The translations under genes and the position numbers were made by a program. Source: Octopus vulgaris (lineage: Eukaryota). Taken from it: 64,000 nucleotides of DNA. The stretch is taken from assembly GCA_951406725.2 (NCBI GenBank), contig OX597815.1:83576001-83640000 (forward strand), read 5' to 3'. The notes beneath the pieces were generated by a model. It did not search any database. It was given only the letters and a program-made list of their open reading frames with translations, and was not told where the DNA came from. Shown here piece by piece: positions 26,300-40,609 of this stretch (within the stretch, counting starts at the first letter, position 1; every line of letters starts with the position of its first letter).

Positions 26300-27240
26300 T
26301 TCCAGAACATGCTCCTAAGATTCATCACATTCGCCTCAGTTACATTCAGTAGTATCACGTCACTCTCAATGTTTAGTGTCTCAGCAGAACATGCAATGTA
26401 CTCAGTAGCTATTACAAACTATCTGGTCACATTCTCTATAACAAGATCCACAATAACTTACTTTAAGTTGTCTCCTGTGTTGCTAATATGCATTATCATC
26501 TTAACCTACTTCCTTCATCGAACGATTCTCAGGCGAATGTAAAGTGTTCCAAAATATGTTTAATGTCTTCGCCCCGAGATAAAGTTTGATTTTCATCCTC
26601 TCTCCTTGATATATCCAATTCTTAGACTATGAACAGCATTGGTGAAATACCATGCAAATATTTTGCAAATGTTAGAATTCCAGTAGCGACACCAGTGGTG
26701 ACACTGATACCAAGCAATATTAAGACTTGCCTTTCTTTACCACATCAGCAACAAGGAGATATCATCTTACGTGTATGAGCAACTATTCATCTTCAACAAA
26801 ACTATGTTGTTAGAGAGTATGCATTCATGTACAGATCTGTACTCCCAAGTGAAAAATGGTGGAACATTGACTACAGAAATACTAGTGGTATATCCAAACA
26901 AAGAGCTTCCCCAAATTGTTACCTCGTATTTTTCTCACTAATGGGAATGATGTTCTGGATATGAGGAAGTGGAATATATCCATCACTTTCTCCGAATATT
27001 TATCGTTATTCTGTTGAATAGCTTTCATTTAAACAATTTAGATTTCTAGATGATTGTCTACAGCAAATTCCTGATTAATTTCCGAAGTTCTAGTAAACCC
27101 AAATGCCACCAGCGACTGAAGCTGTCGCCTTAGTTGGGTTATCCATAAAAGCACTTATTTGTGGCTACTTCAGACAATTTTTATCAGGAGTACAGGAAAC
27201 AGAAATTCTCCCTGCCTCACAATCATATTGATGGTGAAAT
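26300..27240 (-). pseudogene. Old, heavily decayed LINE RT relic
   Basis: 27180-27240 on the minus strand reads FTINMIVRQGEFLFPVLL, similar to the GVRQGxxLSPxLF motif; extent uncertain. Confidence 0.4.
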
Positions 27241-27277
27241 GTATACTCTATGTATACACACACACACACACACACTT

Positions 27278-27312
<35 letters not shown>

Positions 27313-27390
27313 CACTACATATATATGTGTGTGTGTACACACATATGCATATATATGTGGACATGTATGTATTTATGAGTTTATCCATAT

Positions 27391-27478
<88 letters not shown>

Positions 27479-27649
27479 GATTTGAGCTTTCTAGATATTT
27501 ATCAGAAAACTACATACAGACACATAAACACACATATAAATATCATATAAGGATCATCGTGGACGTGTGCTCGAATATCTATTCACATGCAGACACAGAA
27601 ATATGGTAAAATTTAGCAATTGATGATAGTTTTTGACACCACGTATCGT

Positions 27650-28870
27650 TTTGTATGTTCCTTGCAGTTGAAACTAGACAATACGATATTTTCAGATCTT
27701 GTATTAGTAATAGTAGTACTACTGTGTTGGTAAATAGTGATATAAGGAAGTTTTACAGGTTTTTGTACATTTAGATACATTTTAATACGATGAATTAAAA
27801 CGTATCATTCACTAAGTATTGAGACTTTCATCTTAAACGGTGACAGCTGGTGTAAATGATGATATCGACACTATTCTTTACAGTGTTATTCATTAAACCC
27901 GCGAAGGTGTTAGGTTAAATGAAATATGTATAAAAAGTGCCTGTAGACAAGTGAGACGTAAAATGAACTGTGTGTTCAGATATGGCATTCGCACATTGCG
28001 CGTCAAGAGAAATAAAAATATAACGGGAAGAATCTAGTTAAACCCTACATTTCTGAAAAAAAAATTGATAAAGAAAATCATGAGAGTATAAAAATATGAA
28101 AAGAAAAGTTAACATAAAATACTGACAATTAAAAATTTAAATAATTTATTTAGAAAGTCTTGTGACAGAAATAGATGCATGCTCCAGAAATTCTCCTTCA
28201 TTATCATACATATTATATGTGTATCTTGTATTACCAAATAGAAAGTTGATATTGTCTTCGAAATTTCATTATTTTAATTCGAATAGAAACAGAAATAATA
28301 GCTTATTTTTTAATAATCTTTACTATGTAAGCATTAAATATGTTAGTATGCCAGCCATTACTGTCATCTATCAAAGGCTAATTGCTATGGTTGTGTTTTC
28401 TTAGATTGGTGAATATTCCTTAGATACGTTGTTGATGAGTGCTATGAAAAAAAGGTGATAACATGTTGCTGGAATAGAAATATCACCAATAAAATATTGG
28501 TGCTCTTTTAATCGGTCAAATACTATCCTGAAATTCTGTGCTTTATACCATGTAAGAAAACATCATTTTTGCTTCCTATCTCTAGAAACCATATCTCAGT
28601 TTTAGATGTTATGTTGTATGTCTTGATTATAATTTCTATAAATATTTGGAAAACTATAAAAAATGTCAACTGTATACAAAAAATATCAATCTTTATTGGG
28701 AAACCTATTTACTCAAAATTCGGAAGAAAATTTATTGGAAAATTCTTTGTCTTTGGTATTTTGCATATTGTCATTCGAATTCTGATATCGGTGGAAAGCA
28801 GATTTGGTTAGATGACGAGAAAAATATATGATATTTATTTAAGTCTATTTAGCACTCGGTTGAAATTCTA
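27650..28870 (+). pseudogene. Possible LRR-containing GPCR (LGR/GRL101-like) pseudogene
   Basis: Collinear pieces: LRR-like GSFTGFCTFRYILIR*I (~27746); EIDAC..hydrophobic..NSLFFNNL (hinge/TM1/TM2-like); VSMPAITVIYQRLIAMVVF (TM3-like); LCFIP then hydrophobic TM5/TM6-like stretches; multiple stops and frameshifts. Confidence 0.35.
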
Positions 28871-29675
28871 AAAAAAAAAAATTACAAGTACCTCATCTAA
28901 CCTATGTCGGTAACGATACAGAGTACTTCAGAAGTGGCCAAGGGAAAACTCAGGAAACGTTGAACACATTTGGTTTAATATGATAGCGTCTCACATACGT
29001 AGCACAGTGAGGTTGAAAACTTACAATAAAATTAAGAGATATCCTTGGGTATAGTAGACAAATAATTTTCGAGTATTTAAACCCTTATAAAAACACAAAA
29101 AGGGTACAATCTAAATGAAATCGATTAATTAGACTGTCATAAGACAGAAGGCAGGTTAAATAGGATCCGGTCTTTAAAGACAGCATCATTCAGATTTTTA
29201 TATTATGAAATTCCAACAGTGAAGCATATTTTGCTGAGTAAAACTATGACGGATGTATGTACACGTAGAAATTGACAGTATGCAGTGAAACTAGTTATTG
29301 TTATGAACAACACGACTGAAACTGTAAATGATAAAACTGAAATATGATCGTTACTTTTACCAAACTGAAGAGCAGTCACACTCTAATACTGATTTTCCTT
29401 TAATTTCCAAATTTCCTAGTATGAAATTTTATCGAGGTTTATATTGCCGGTTGTCTTTTTTTGAAACACAAACAGAATTATTCTTAATCTATTAATTGTA
29501 CGGATTATCAAACTATGCTTTTCAGCACAATATTAATGATATGGAAGTCCAAACTAATTTTATTTAAATAAATGTGCATCTCATCAATATTTATGGTGCT
29601 GTGTCTAGGCTATAAATTGATATATTATACTTGACTAAAATCATATACTACAACGTTACAATATTCAATTCAACA

Positions 29676-29703
29676 ATAGATAGATAGATAGATAGATATT
29701 TAT

Positions 29704-29761
<58 letters not shown>

Positions 29762-29762
29762 T

Positions 29763-29836
<74 letters not shown>

Positions 29837-29837
29837 G

Positions 29838-29910
<73 letters not shown>

Positions 29911-29911
29911 T

Positions 29912-29985
<74 letters not shown>
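29676..29985. repeat. (GATA)n microsatellite (~310 bp)
   Basis: Seen directly. Confidence 0.95.
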
Positions 29986-29986
<1 letters not shown>

Positions 29987-30279
29987 TGGATATAGATATT
30001 TAATAGACAAAACATGAGCTTTTATTGCTACTATTACGTCCATGTACCAAGAGCATGCCAGACAATGTTTTTTAACACATCTGATGTCTTCAGCAATATC
30101 TGATGATTGTGCAAAGACACTAGACGTGTTAAAAACACTGTTTAGCATGCTCTCACCAGATGAAGTACATTTTTCATTAGTTTTACCATCACAGAACAGT
30201 ACACTATATATATATAGGTATGTATGCATGTATGTATGTATGTATGTATGTATGTATGTATGTATGTATGTCTGTATGT

Positions 30280-31790
30280 CTCTTATATTTTTTATTATTA
30301 TAAATCCTCTAATGAGGAGGGAGCCGGTTTCCAACAAAAATACAAGGCTCCATTTTTGAGATGTAATTAACACAGAAAAATTCACATTTGGAACTTGAGA
30401 AAAGTCTTGCATATTTTTTACTGTTCCACTAACAAATTTGACAGGTAATGTACGAATCAACCGGTCAGTTTCTCTTTCTGAAAATTCCTGTTTTTCCAGA
30501 TTCTCCTTTAAGCATTTACTAACAAAACCTAGTGCTCCAATCATTCTTGGTATGGATATGAATTTATAATCTGGATATAGAAGCTGGAAGTTTCGAAGCA
30601 GTTGTCCATAGATATCTCCTTTTTCTGTGATTTTCGAAGTGATATTTTTATCTGCAGGGCGGCTAACTTCTATCATGGTACATACCTTTGCCCCTCTGTC
30701 ACAAACAAAAAGATCGGGCATGTTATGCTTACATTTGACAAGTTTTGATGGGAATATTCCACCAGTATGCCTCCAGTTAGTGTTTATAAATGTATTCCGT
30801 AATAGAGGGAATTTCTAAGTATATTTCAGAACAGTCAGCTTTTTGCAGATGGTATTGTAAATTGTTTTATTAACAACATTGTGCCGCATAGGGAGGTAGT
30901 ACCGTGACGACATTTTAGGAAAGCTACAAATCACATGCGTAATGTCTTCCAGAGAAACATGACATAGCCTACACAAAAGGTTGCACCTAGAGATTACAAG
31001 AGCATCACAGTCTTTCTTGTTCACCATGTACTTTGATGCAATCCCCTGTTCCTAGATTGCAAATGCATAGCTTTCAAAGTGTGATATGATACAGTGGTCT
31101 TGTGTCCAAGAAAGGCTGCGCTTCGTGTCAATTCTAATGTCTTCTTCAAACTTCCGAGCAACATACCCATACATGGTATTTTTTCGTATGTTGAGTGCTA
31201 TTTCGAGGCTGTGTAGGGAGATAATCAGGAAGAGAGTGTTTCTTGTGTTCACTGCCAACTCGTACAATTTTGCTCACTTCACTTTTCAGGACTGCCTTCA
31301 TTTCATCTTAGGTAGAGCCTGATAGCATCACGGTTTCTGTGGAAGTTCCCAGTCGTGGTCAGGCTTTTCCTCTACAGATCAATCAAGTATCCAAAACGTT
31401 GGAATCAGCACTGGTACAGCAATGCACTGTGGGATATTGTTTTGTTGTTAGAGGAGAGTTCCGACAACCATATTTTCCTAATCTGGGTTCCGACAGCCAT
31501 ATTTTTCTAATCGGGTCACTCTATCTTTGTTCATAGTGCCTTCATATGATACATTTTCACCAGTGCCTAGTTACTTGTAAAATTCTTTGTGTTGAAGTGG
31601 GAGATAGCGACACCGCTGATGCACAGGTTTTGGGTTTGGGGGACTGAATTTCCTCGTTCTATAACCAAATATGAATATTTCTTTTGGCCAAATTCCATGC
31701 CTATATCAGCTGAATATGTTAATAAATCCAGGTTTGGCCAAAAGTCATCCGACAGTAAATCAAAATTCCATAAATACTATCTGTAATTCT
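30280..31790 (-). mobile_element. R4/Dong-like non-LTR retrotransposon, decayed 3' portion (zinc knuckle + restriction-like endonuclease)
   Basis: CRLCHVSLEDITHVICSFPKMSSRYYLPMRHNVV (CCHC-derived + RH) and PDLFVCDRGAKVCTMIEVSRP...K...Y..L...GALG (PD-(D/E)xK RLE); frameshifted. Confidence 0.85.
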
Positions 31791-31954
31791 TGACTCGAAT
31801 GGAAAAATCTGTGACTGAAGAAGGGCTTCAGTTTGAACAATTTTCATGACATTTTATATTTAAATGCTTTTATTAAATTATTTCGGTTGTTAGATATAAA
31901 TAAATCATGGAATGGAATGGTTTTGATTTACTGACAGGTGACGTTTGGCCAATC

Positions 31955-31999
<45 letters not shown>

Positions 32000-32067
32000 C
32001 ACATACATATATACATGTCATGTGTGTGTGTATTTATGTGCGTGTATGTATGTATGTATGTATGTAG

Positions 32068-32122
<55 letters not shown>

Positions 32123-32169
32123 AATATGCCCTGGTACATTTATTCTTTTCAAATTGCCACACTGTTGTT

Positions 32170-32467
32170 TACACAGCGAGGGTTCCAGTTGATCCGATCA
32201 ACGGAACAGCCAGCCCTTGAAATTAACGTACAAGCAGTTGAGCACTCTACATACACGTGTACCCTTACTGTAGCTCTCAGGCAGATTGAATGTGATGCAG
32301 AATGTGACAATGCTGGTCCCTTTGAATTACAGGTACTATCCATTTTTGCTAATTGGGTGAACTTGAGCAATGTGAAATAAAGCGTCTTGCTTTATTTCAC
32401 GAAATCAAACTCCTAGTCTTACGATCGTGAGCCGAGTACCTATAATATCTAAACCACGTGCCTTCAC
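32170..32467 (-). mobile_element. tRNA-derived SINE
   Basis: Shares its core with 1030-1366 and its body with 37580-37748 and 53690-53963. Confidence 0.85.
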
Positions 32468-33490
32468 CTACTCTTTTCATTTTAGTTCTTAGATTGGGTT
32501 CCGTGTTTGGTTTATGATATCGGCCTCAGAGCTTTACTACAATCTTATATGTTTATTATTTGTTGAAATATTTATTGAAACACGTGTGGGACTAAACACT
32601 ACATATTCTATGTGTATTCATATAGAGGTATGGATAGGAGTAGAATACAGCTTAAATATTTATACTTCTACCATAACTAACACCGTTTTATTTATACTAA
32701 GCACACCACACTAATAAGCACGCACACATAAACATACCTACTCATACGTGTATGCCTGTGTATTTGCATGTGCGTATATAGATGTGTGTGTGTGTACGTG
32801 TGTGTTTGTGCGTGTAACAAAGCAACAGTTTTGCTTTTAACCGTTACATTTCAGAAAATGCAATTATGCTTCAGTTTGACGAATTTTTTTTATTGAAGAT
32901 TTTCCATATTTCCTTATTAGCGCCTTTGTGTTTCGTGTGGAACAATAGCATTCATTAATACTTTAAGCTGACGCTTCACAAATTCTTGTTAAAGAGTTGT
33001 AATGTCATTTAGTCCGCATGTTAACGCAGGGTTTACAATTATGTAATGGATAAGACCGGGTAGAATTCATGATATCAGTGGTGTATTTTTTAACTTCTTT
33101 TCGTGTGATACATGAGTTTCAATTCGGCTTGTGCTTTGCCAGTGGTAAATCGCATATAGCTACACCTTTCATATGAAATGTTTTTCTTTCGTAGAGTTTA
33201 AAAATCATAAATAGTACGCTCAATCTTTGTTATTCCTTAGCCAATTATGTTGTGCGTACTGTAATGCCTCCATATGTGTACGCGCGCGCACGAGTGTATA
33301 CGTATGTATAAAAGCGCTTGCGACTATGTGGTTATATCTGCTTGAAAACCCCCCTTAGCTTGGTTACGTCGCCATAGCTTAAGAATGGACAGAGGAAGAC
33401 CGATCGAATACGTACCAGGCTAGGTTTCTTCGATTCGGACATTCAGTGGTTCTACGGTGTTGTCACTATCTAATGATATATATATATATC

Positions 33491-33823
33491 TTTATTTTTT
33501 ATCTTTTGCGTGATTTAGTCATTGGACTGCGGCCATGCTGGGGTACCGCCTAGAATCTGTAGTCGAATGAACCAACACCAGTACTTACATTTTAAACTGG
33601 TACTTATTCTATCGGACCCTTTTACCGAACCGCTAGGTGACGGGGACGTAAACACACCAACCTTGGTTATCAAGCGGTAATGAGGGACATACACATAGAC
33701 AAAGACACATACACATAGAATATTTACAGGTAAGGCTTTGGTCGCCTCGAGACTATAGTAGGACTGAACCTGGAACCGTGTGGTTGGGAAGCAACCTTCT
33801 TACCACACTTCTTACCCGCACCT
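33491..33823 (-). mobile_element. tRNA-derived SINE (same family as 21976-22366)
   Basis: Reverse-complement homology, including the tail tcattggactgcggccatgctgggg. Confidence 0.85.
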
Positions 33824-34528
33824 ACAAGGAATATTTCGAACACAATATAGCTGTGAAAACTGCAGAAAGAATGAGGTATTTTACTCATACATGACGGAAA
33901 AAGTTGTCAACAAATAGCCATGGGACTCGAATCGGCACCTCCCGGACGCTGAATACTATACCAGTTAAGCTAAACTGCCCACTGTATAGAGAGAGACAGA
34001 GGTAGAGAAATAGAGAGAGTAAAGGAGAGAGAGAGAGAGGGAGAGAGAGAGAGAGAGAGAGATGTAAGGCTATGTTATACACGCTTTCTGTCTACAAAAG
34101 GTATCACTCAAATCGATATTAATATAAAAGACACATGCATAAATTTCCACGCAGTAAGATCAAAAGCGATATGTGCATATATATGTGCGTATGTATGTAC
34201 GCATAAACGCATTTGTACATGTATATATATATATGTATTTATATATATGCATGTATATATATAGTACAATAAAAAATAGAAATTTCTTGGTACAGTATTA
34301 TATAATTGAAAAAAATGAATAGAAATGGCTTTTCTGATAATTTTTCCTACTTTAATAATTATATGTTTATAAGTTTAGAAGAGGTGTCCCTGTCAAGAGT
34401 TTCTTGCGTCAATGCTGTTTTCAAGCTGATACTTTTTAGTGTATTATTCTCTGTGTAAATAGCGAGCGTTTAAGTGCAAGCATACATAAAAACACACTCA
34501 TATACATAGACCCATACATAAACGCATA

Positions 34529-34586
<58 letters not shown>

Positions 34587-34879
34587 AGAGGTACACACAC
34601 AGAGACACGTACGCACACTCGAAAACATAGGACGGTACACATACATACACGCAGAGAAACACATACACACATATAATCGTACATACACACACAAAAAAAG
34701 TGAAGGAGAATTAAGTAGATCAATAACAAAGAAATATAATTTTTTGGTGTGTTCACTTTGGTATGAAATGGTTCTATATAGCCCCGATAATAACAAAGGT
34801 ACCTGGCAGCAAGTCTACTTACCATTATCGTCACGAACATACGCATTTAGTTCTTACACATAGAGTACATGCATATACA

Positions 34880-34913
<34 letters not shown>

Positions 34914-35101
34914 AGCAGTGTGCAAGGTTTCACCAAAAACGGAGAATTGTGATTTTCATTAAATGTGACTAGGGTGTTAGAAAACACCTGCATTACAAGA
35001 AATAAGACCTAAATCGCTCTAATGTTGTAGTTAAAGCACGTGAATGAAAACATATACACTAACAGGGACCATAATCGTCCGAAAAGTACCGACTGAGAAT
35101 T

Positions 35102-35150
35102 CTTAATACTGACGTTAGTTTCAGCAATATCCATTGCCTCATCAGTTAAG
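35102..35150 (-). ncRNA. Type I hammerhead ribozyme, perfect core, stem I partly deleted
   Basis: Minus strand: cttaa CTGATGA ggcaat ggat attgct GAAAC taac GTC agtattaag. Confidence 0.75.
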
Positions 35151-35252
35151 ACCGCTCGTTCGTTCGACTCTTTCACTTCGCCATTAGTATTTAAGTTTTT
35201 GTCATCCAAAATATTAGATGACTTAGCGAATCGCTAATATGTATATATAAAG

Positions 35253-35363
<111 letters not shown>

Positions 35364-35552
35364 GTGTTGTGTTGTGTTGATATGTTTGTACTGAAACACT
35401 CCCTACTTTAACAATGAACGACAAACTCTAAAATATTAGTTTGAAAACCGCTTTTAAGGGAGGAACTCTTAACCAAGTCACCTCTTCTAAACTTATAAAT
35501 ATCCAATAATTAAAGTGGAAAAAATTACCAGAAAAACGATTACTATTCAATT

Positions 35553-35617
<65 letters not shown>

Positions 35618-35978
35618 TAGTAACTTTCGTCGGACTCGAGTAACCATAGATCTGCGCCTGAAGAAACTACGTCAGCTGGTGAATACGGCGCAGTTTCTGC
35701 CGCGGTTGCAAGAGGCCCACACGGGGGTGGCAGACACGCATACAGCGACTACGTTACTGGTTATATATATATATGCATATATATACCCCTCAGAGTAACC
35801 ACTTGGTTTTACCATTTTTAAAAGCCAAAAATCAACTCATCACTTTCTATTGATAGAACTGACCAGCTGTAAAGAGGTAGACAAAATGTTTTTCTTCTTT
35901 CTTACTTCCTTCTTTTTTTCCTTCTCGTTTCTACTGATACTCCTTTCAGATACAGACACACACACAAACACATACACA

Positions 35979-36044
<66 letters not shown>

Positions 36045-36260
36045 CTCTCCCCCATTCCTAACCCTCTTTTACTATCCTATATCTCTCCCACCCCTACACA
36101 CTCAATAATACTACAAAAAGAGAGGAATCATCTCAAATACACTCAAATCTGAAGAGTTTACTAGCGCTATTATATGATTTATAAAAACACGTGACATATT
36201 AATAAAAATCTGTAAATATAAAACCATCCACATTTCTGTGTACCGTATTTATACATACAT

Positions 36261-36320
<60 letters not shown>

Positions 36321-36419
36321 TAATGACAATTTTTTTTTATAGAAACATATATAAAATAAAAGGAAATAGTTTTATTGATCAAAAATTTTCTCATAGAATG
36401 TAGATTATCTTCTTTATAG

Positions 36420-37230
36420 TGTTATTTAATGTAGCCAGCTTCAGCATCAATAACTAATTCTAAGCAAGGTGTGAATTGTTCACATGCCCGAATTAAATGG
36501 AGCTGGTTCATATCGGATATTACTCTGACTAGGGCGGATTTCAAAGTACCCTTGGCGTTATGAAGTTGTTGATTGGCCTGTCTCTGTCACTCTCTCTCTC
36601 TCTCTGTCTCTCTCTCTCACACACACACACATACACAACAATGCTCCACACATAGTAATTCAACGGATTGAGAACTGGTGAGTTTGGAGGCCAACTATTA
36701 TGGGTCATGTCATGAATATCGTCAGCCATCTATTTTTGTGTGGCTTGATCCTTATGTGATAGCGCTCAGTCTTACTGAAACACGAAAGGCCTTCTTTTGC
36801 ATACTTCATCTATGCAGGGCTTGTCAACTACTTCCTGGAGTTCATTGTAGCCAGAGTTAACTGTAAGGCGTTATGGAATAAAGAGAGATGTCACCACGTT
36901 CCCTCCATTAATAATATCTCCCAAATCCATGACAGTTGCAGGAAATTTTCCGTGCTTAATAGTTGGACAATCAGAAGGTTCTGAATATAACCCTCTGTCA
37001 TTTGTTTTCTGTATATATAACCCTCTGTCATTTTTTTTCTGATCCTGATCGAAATTTCTCTCATTTGAGAAAAAACAAATAATGTTATGCACTTCTGAGT
37101 TTTTAAATTTGATAGCGTTTTAGATCTGATTAAACAAATTTGTTTTCTCCGTCAGTCACGTATATATAATCACCGGGTACTCTCTCATCTCAAAATGTCT
37201 TGTCACTTAGCGACTGGCATGAACGAAAAA
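36420..37230 (-). mobile_element. Decayed maT (DD37D)-like Tc1/mariner transposase
   Basis: FFSNERNFDQDQKKNDR...KFPATVMDLG and WPPNSPVLNPLNYYVWSIV; includes a 30-bp internal tandem duplication (36988/37018). Confidence 0.8.
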
Positions 37231-37579
37231 GATTTTAATTAAAACTCAACGAATAACATTTGTATCTTTGTGAGAGAGTGATAGCTATATTTAAGCAAAT
37301 CGACTATCTAGATATGTATGATTTAACCCTCTTTCAAAGTGGAAGCTTCCTCACCAATGGAATCCAAGCACTGCAACATTGATGCATGATGTGTGGACCG
37401 CAAGGGGAACTATAATGGTCACATTCCATGAGAGTTCTTGGTCAGCCAATGGAATTTTCAGCCAACACTGGTACAACAATTTTCTTACCGTACTAATATG
37501 AAGTTTCTAAGTATGTGTATCTAACTATCCCTGCTGTACTCTTTTAACACAAATTTCTCTGACTCGTTCTCCCTGTTTC

Positions 37580-37748
37580 TGTTGTACTTGTATTTCAAAG
37601 GGCCAGCCTTGTCACACTTTATGTCACGCCGAATCTCCCCGAGAGCTGCGTTAAGGGTACACGTGCCTGTAGAGTGCTTAACCACTTGCACGATAATTTC
37701 ACGAGAAGTCTGTTCCATTGATCGGATCAACTGGAACCGATGCAGCGA
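37580..37748 (+). mobile_element. SINE 3' fragment
   Basis: Reverse complement of the body of 32170-32340. Confidence 0.8.
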
Positions 37749-38494
37749 CACAATGTGTGTGTGTGTATGTGTGTAAACAGTCACACAGAATATGTATTAT
37801 ATGTTTTAGTGCATCTATATATATATATATATCCGTGTGTGTGTTTGAGTGTGTGTCTATGTGTGTGTGTGTGTGTGTGTGCATGTGTATGTGCGTCAGT
37901 GCGTGGGCACGTGCGTGTTTGTGTAAGAATCTATGTCGGTAAATGTATATTTTTATGTTTAAAATTGCATATTTGCGTGTATTACAAAAACCTAATGAGT
38001 ATATACTTATTACCACGGATTACATGCTTTGTGTGGAATGTGTGTATGTTCATCGATATGCGCCTATACGTTTATATATGAATGCAGAAGAGAAAAGCTC
38101 TAATGGAACAAGAACAGACTTTTACCAATTTGAGTATTGCTTCAACTAATCAGCATGTATGTAATCACGTTTTTTCATTTGCTTCTTCTCTTTATTTTCT
38201 TCCTTATTTACGTAGAAAAAAAATCTCATTACCTTTGATCAGAAATAAGAATGAAATATATTTTGGTGAGAAAACACTCACGCATACCACAACATAGCGA
38301 AAACAGATTGTACGCAGATGTATTAGAGATGTCATTCACGACATCAAATACAAATACCTTTTCCTGGAACGGTAATACAAAAAAAGAAACATTGATACAT
38401 AGTAGCCTTGTGGTTGTTGTGATGAGCTCTAGATCGTGGGTTCGATTCCTGGAACAATCGATGCTCACCTGCACAGTGTTGCAACTTGGCAATA

Positions 38495-39600
38495 TGTATA
38501 TGGAATACAATGCCTCATTGCTCATGTGAAACCCCAGTACACACGTCAGACTCTGATTCTGGTCCAGTGTATTCCGATTTTAGCCTGGTTTTGGGCCGAT
38601 AGTGGGGTGCCTGAAATTTCATTGCATTGAACGGAATGTTATTTTTGTTAGCCCATGCCTCCGATACTTTTGTGCCGTCAGCATAACTGGTTAGATTGGG
38701 CATGTCTGAAAAGGCCACCACAAATAGTAGTGGTCCCAGTACAGTTCCCTGTGGGACTTCGCTGGGAATTGGTGATTCTTCAGAGTGAGCACCATTGGTA
38801 CAACTGTCTGACTCCTGCCCTGCAAAAAGTCAGGCAGCCACTCTCCCAGTTTCCCAATAATACCAATGTTTTGCAGCTTGTGACATATCATGCCATGATC
38901 AATCTTGTAGAAGACTTTGGCAAAGTCGAGGTATATCACGTCTACAACTGACTGGCTTAGCTGTTCTTTCAGTATCCAGTCAAAGTGCTGTAGCATCTGT
39001 GTGAGGCAGCTCCTGTCTGGACGGAAGCTATGTTGCGTGAGAAGGTTGTTTTCTTCTAGGAACGTGATCAGCGTTTTTCTGACAATGCATTCCATTGTGT
39101 TGCTAACATGAGAGGTTAGTGAGATGGGCCTGTAGTTTTAGCATCTGCTCTATTACCTCCTTTATGGACAGGGCATATTAAACCCTCTTTTATCATGTTG
39201 GGAAGTTTACCACATGCAAGGAAACTCTGAAAGAGTATCTGCAGTGGCTTTGCAAGAGCCTTTTTACATGTCTTCAAGTGAACAGCCGGGAGTCCATCTA
39301 GACTCGTTGCTGAGTTTGATCTCATATCATCAATGGCCGATTTATATCCTCTTCTATTACGTTGATGTAACCGATGGTATTCGAATAGATTCGTTACATA
39401 TAAAAAAAACTCCTCAGGCTTGTATATTTGCATATATTCCAGTGGAGAGGTGAAAACACTTCGGAATTGTTTATTTAGTGCTTCACTTATCTCCCTGGGG
39501 TCTGCAGCTACTGAGCTGTTTTTTTTTACCAAATAGTGACCCTATCTTATAGCGTACTGAGGCAGACTCCTTTGCCAACGTGTAGAAGGCTTTAGGATTT
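38495..39600 (-). mobile_element. CR1/L2-group LINE reverse transcriptase pseudogene fragment
   Basis: Motifs PVHKGG, QHSFRPDRSCLTQML, VDVIYLDFAKVF..IDH, PQGTVLGP and YADGTK across frameshifts. Confidence 0.9.
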
Positions 39601-39641
39601 ATATACGGGATATATATACATACATATAGGATTTATATATA

Positions 39642-39694
<53 letters not shown>

Positions 39695-39862
39695 CAATTG
39701 AGGATAAAATCTTTAAAAGAAATTATCAGTAGTCAGCGTGAAAAAACCTCGTAAGAGAAAAAATCCGTAAATTCTTCCTCTTTGAAAATATTCATTTATA
39801 TTATATTGAGGGTACTACTATTCGTAGATACCAACACGCTAAGAGGGACCAGTGCGGTCCCT

Positions 39863-39929
<67 letters not shown>

Positions 39930-39989
39930 ACATACATACATAAATGCATACATACACATATCTTCCCGTGGGGAAGGTATATGGTTCCC

Positions 39990-40140
39990 TTAACCTAACT
40001 GTTCGGCACAAGAGTCCGATATAAGTACCAGGCATAACAAAAGAAATAAGTATTGGAGTAGATTCATTCGATTATGACAAGTTCTTCAAAGCGGTGATCC
40101 AGTATGGTCGCGACCCAATGACCGACACTAATAAAAGATA
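39990..40140 (+). mobile_element. SINE 3' fragment
   Basis: taacctaactgttcggcac...gcggtgatccagtatggtcgc...taaaaga is similar to the SINE tail family. Confidence 0.65.
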
Positions 40141-40508
40141 TATATGTATGTGATTGTATGTGTGTAGATAACGTCTTATTTTATAATTGTGTACGTGCCG
40201 ATGTGCGTATAAAATTGTGAAACTAAACTTATCTATGGAGTATGTATATATCATTTATGTTACCTTAAAAACGAGCCCGTAACCAAACCCCAGTCAATCG
40301 ATTCATATTGATTCACCAGTTACCTTCTCTAATCACATCCTACCTTTCTAAATCCTATCTGTTGCACACAGCTCACTTTTTCTCCCATAGAGCTGTTTCT
40401 CGTTGACAGACTCTAATATATTATACCCTGATTTATATCCGCTACCTAATCTAAGTAGAAGCTATAACCAGGATGGTTATTGTTAGTATTAATTACTTTT
40501 TAAACACT

Positions 40509-40590
<82 letters not shown>

Positions 40591-40609
40591 TGCAGTAGTA
40601 GTAGTAGTA
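40509..40609. repeat. (AGT)n microsatellite
   Basis: Seen directly. Confidence 0.95.

Noticed and set aside
29648-30721. 357-aa ORF, the longest in the track
   Set aside because: Chance read-through from a frameshifted RLE endonuclease remnant into (CATA)n and (ATCT)n microsatellites; not a gene.
35009-35209. Protein-looking 66-aa ORF (MDDKNLNTNGEV...)
   Set aside because: Non-ATG start, and it overlaps a hammerhead motif in a repeat terminus; better explained as non-coding.
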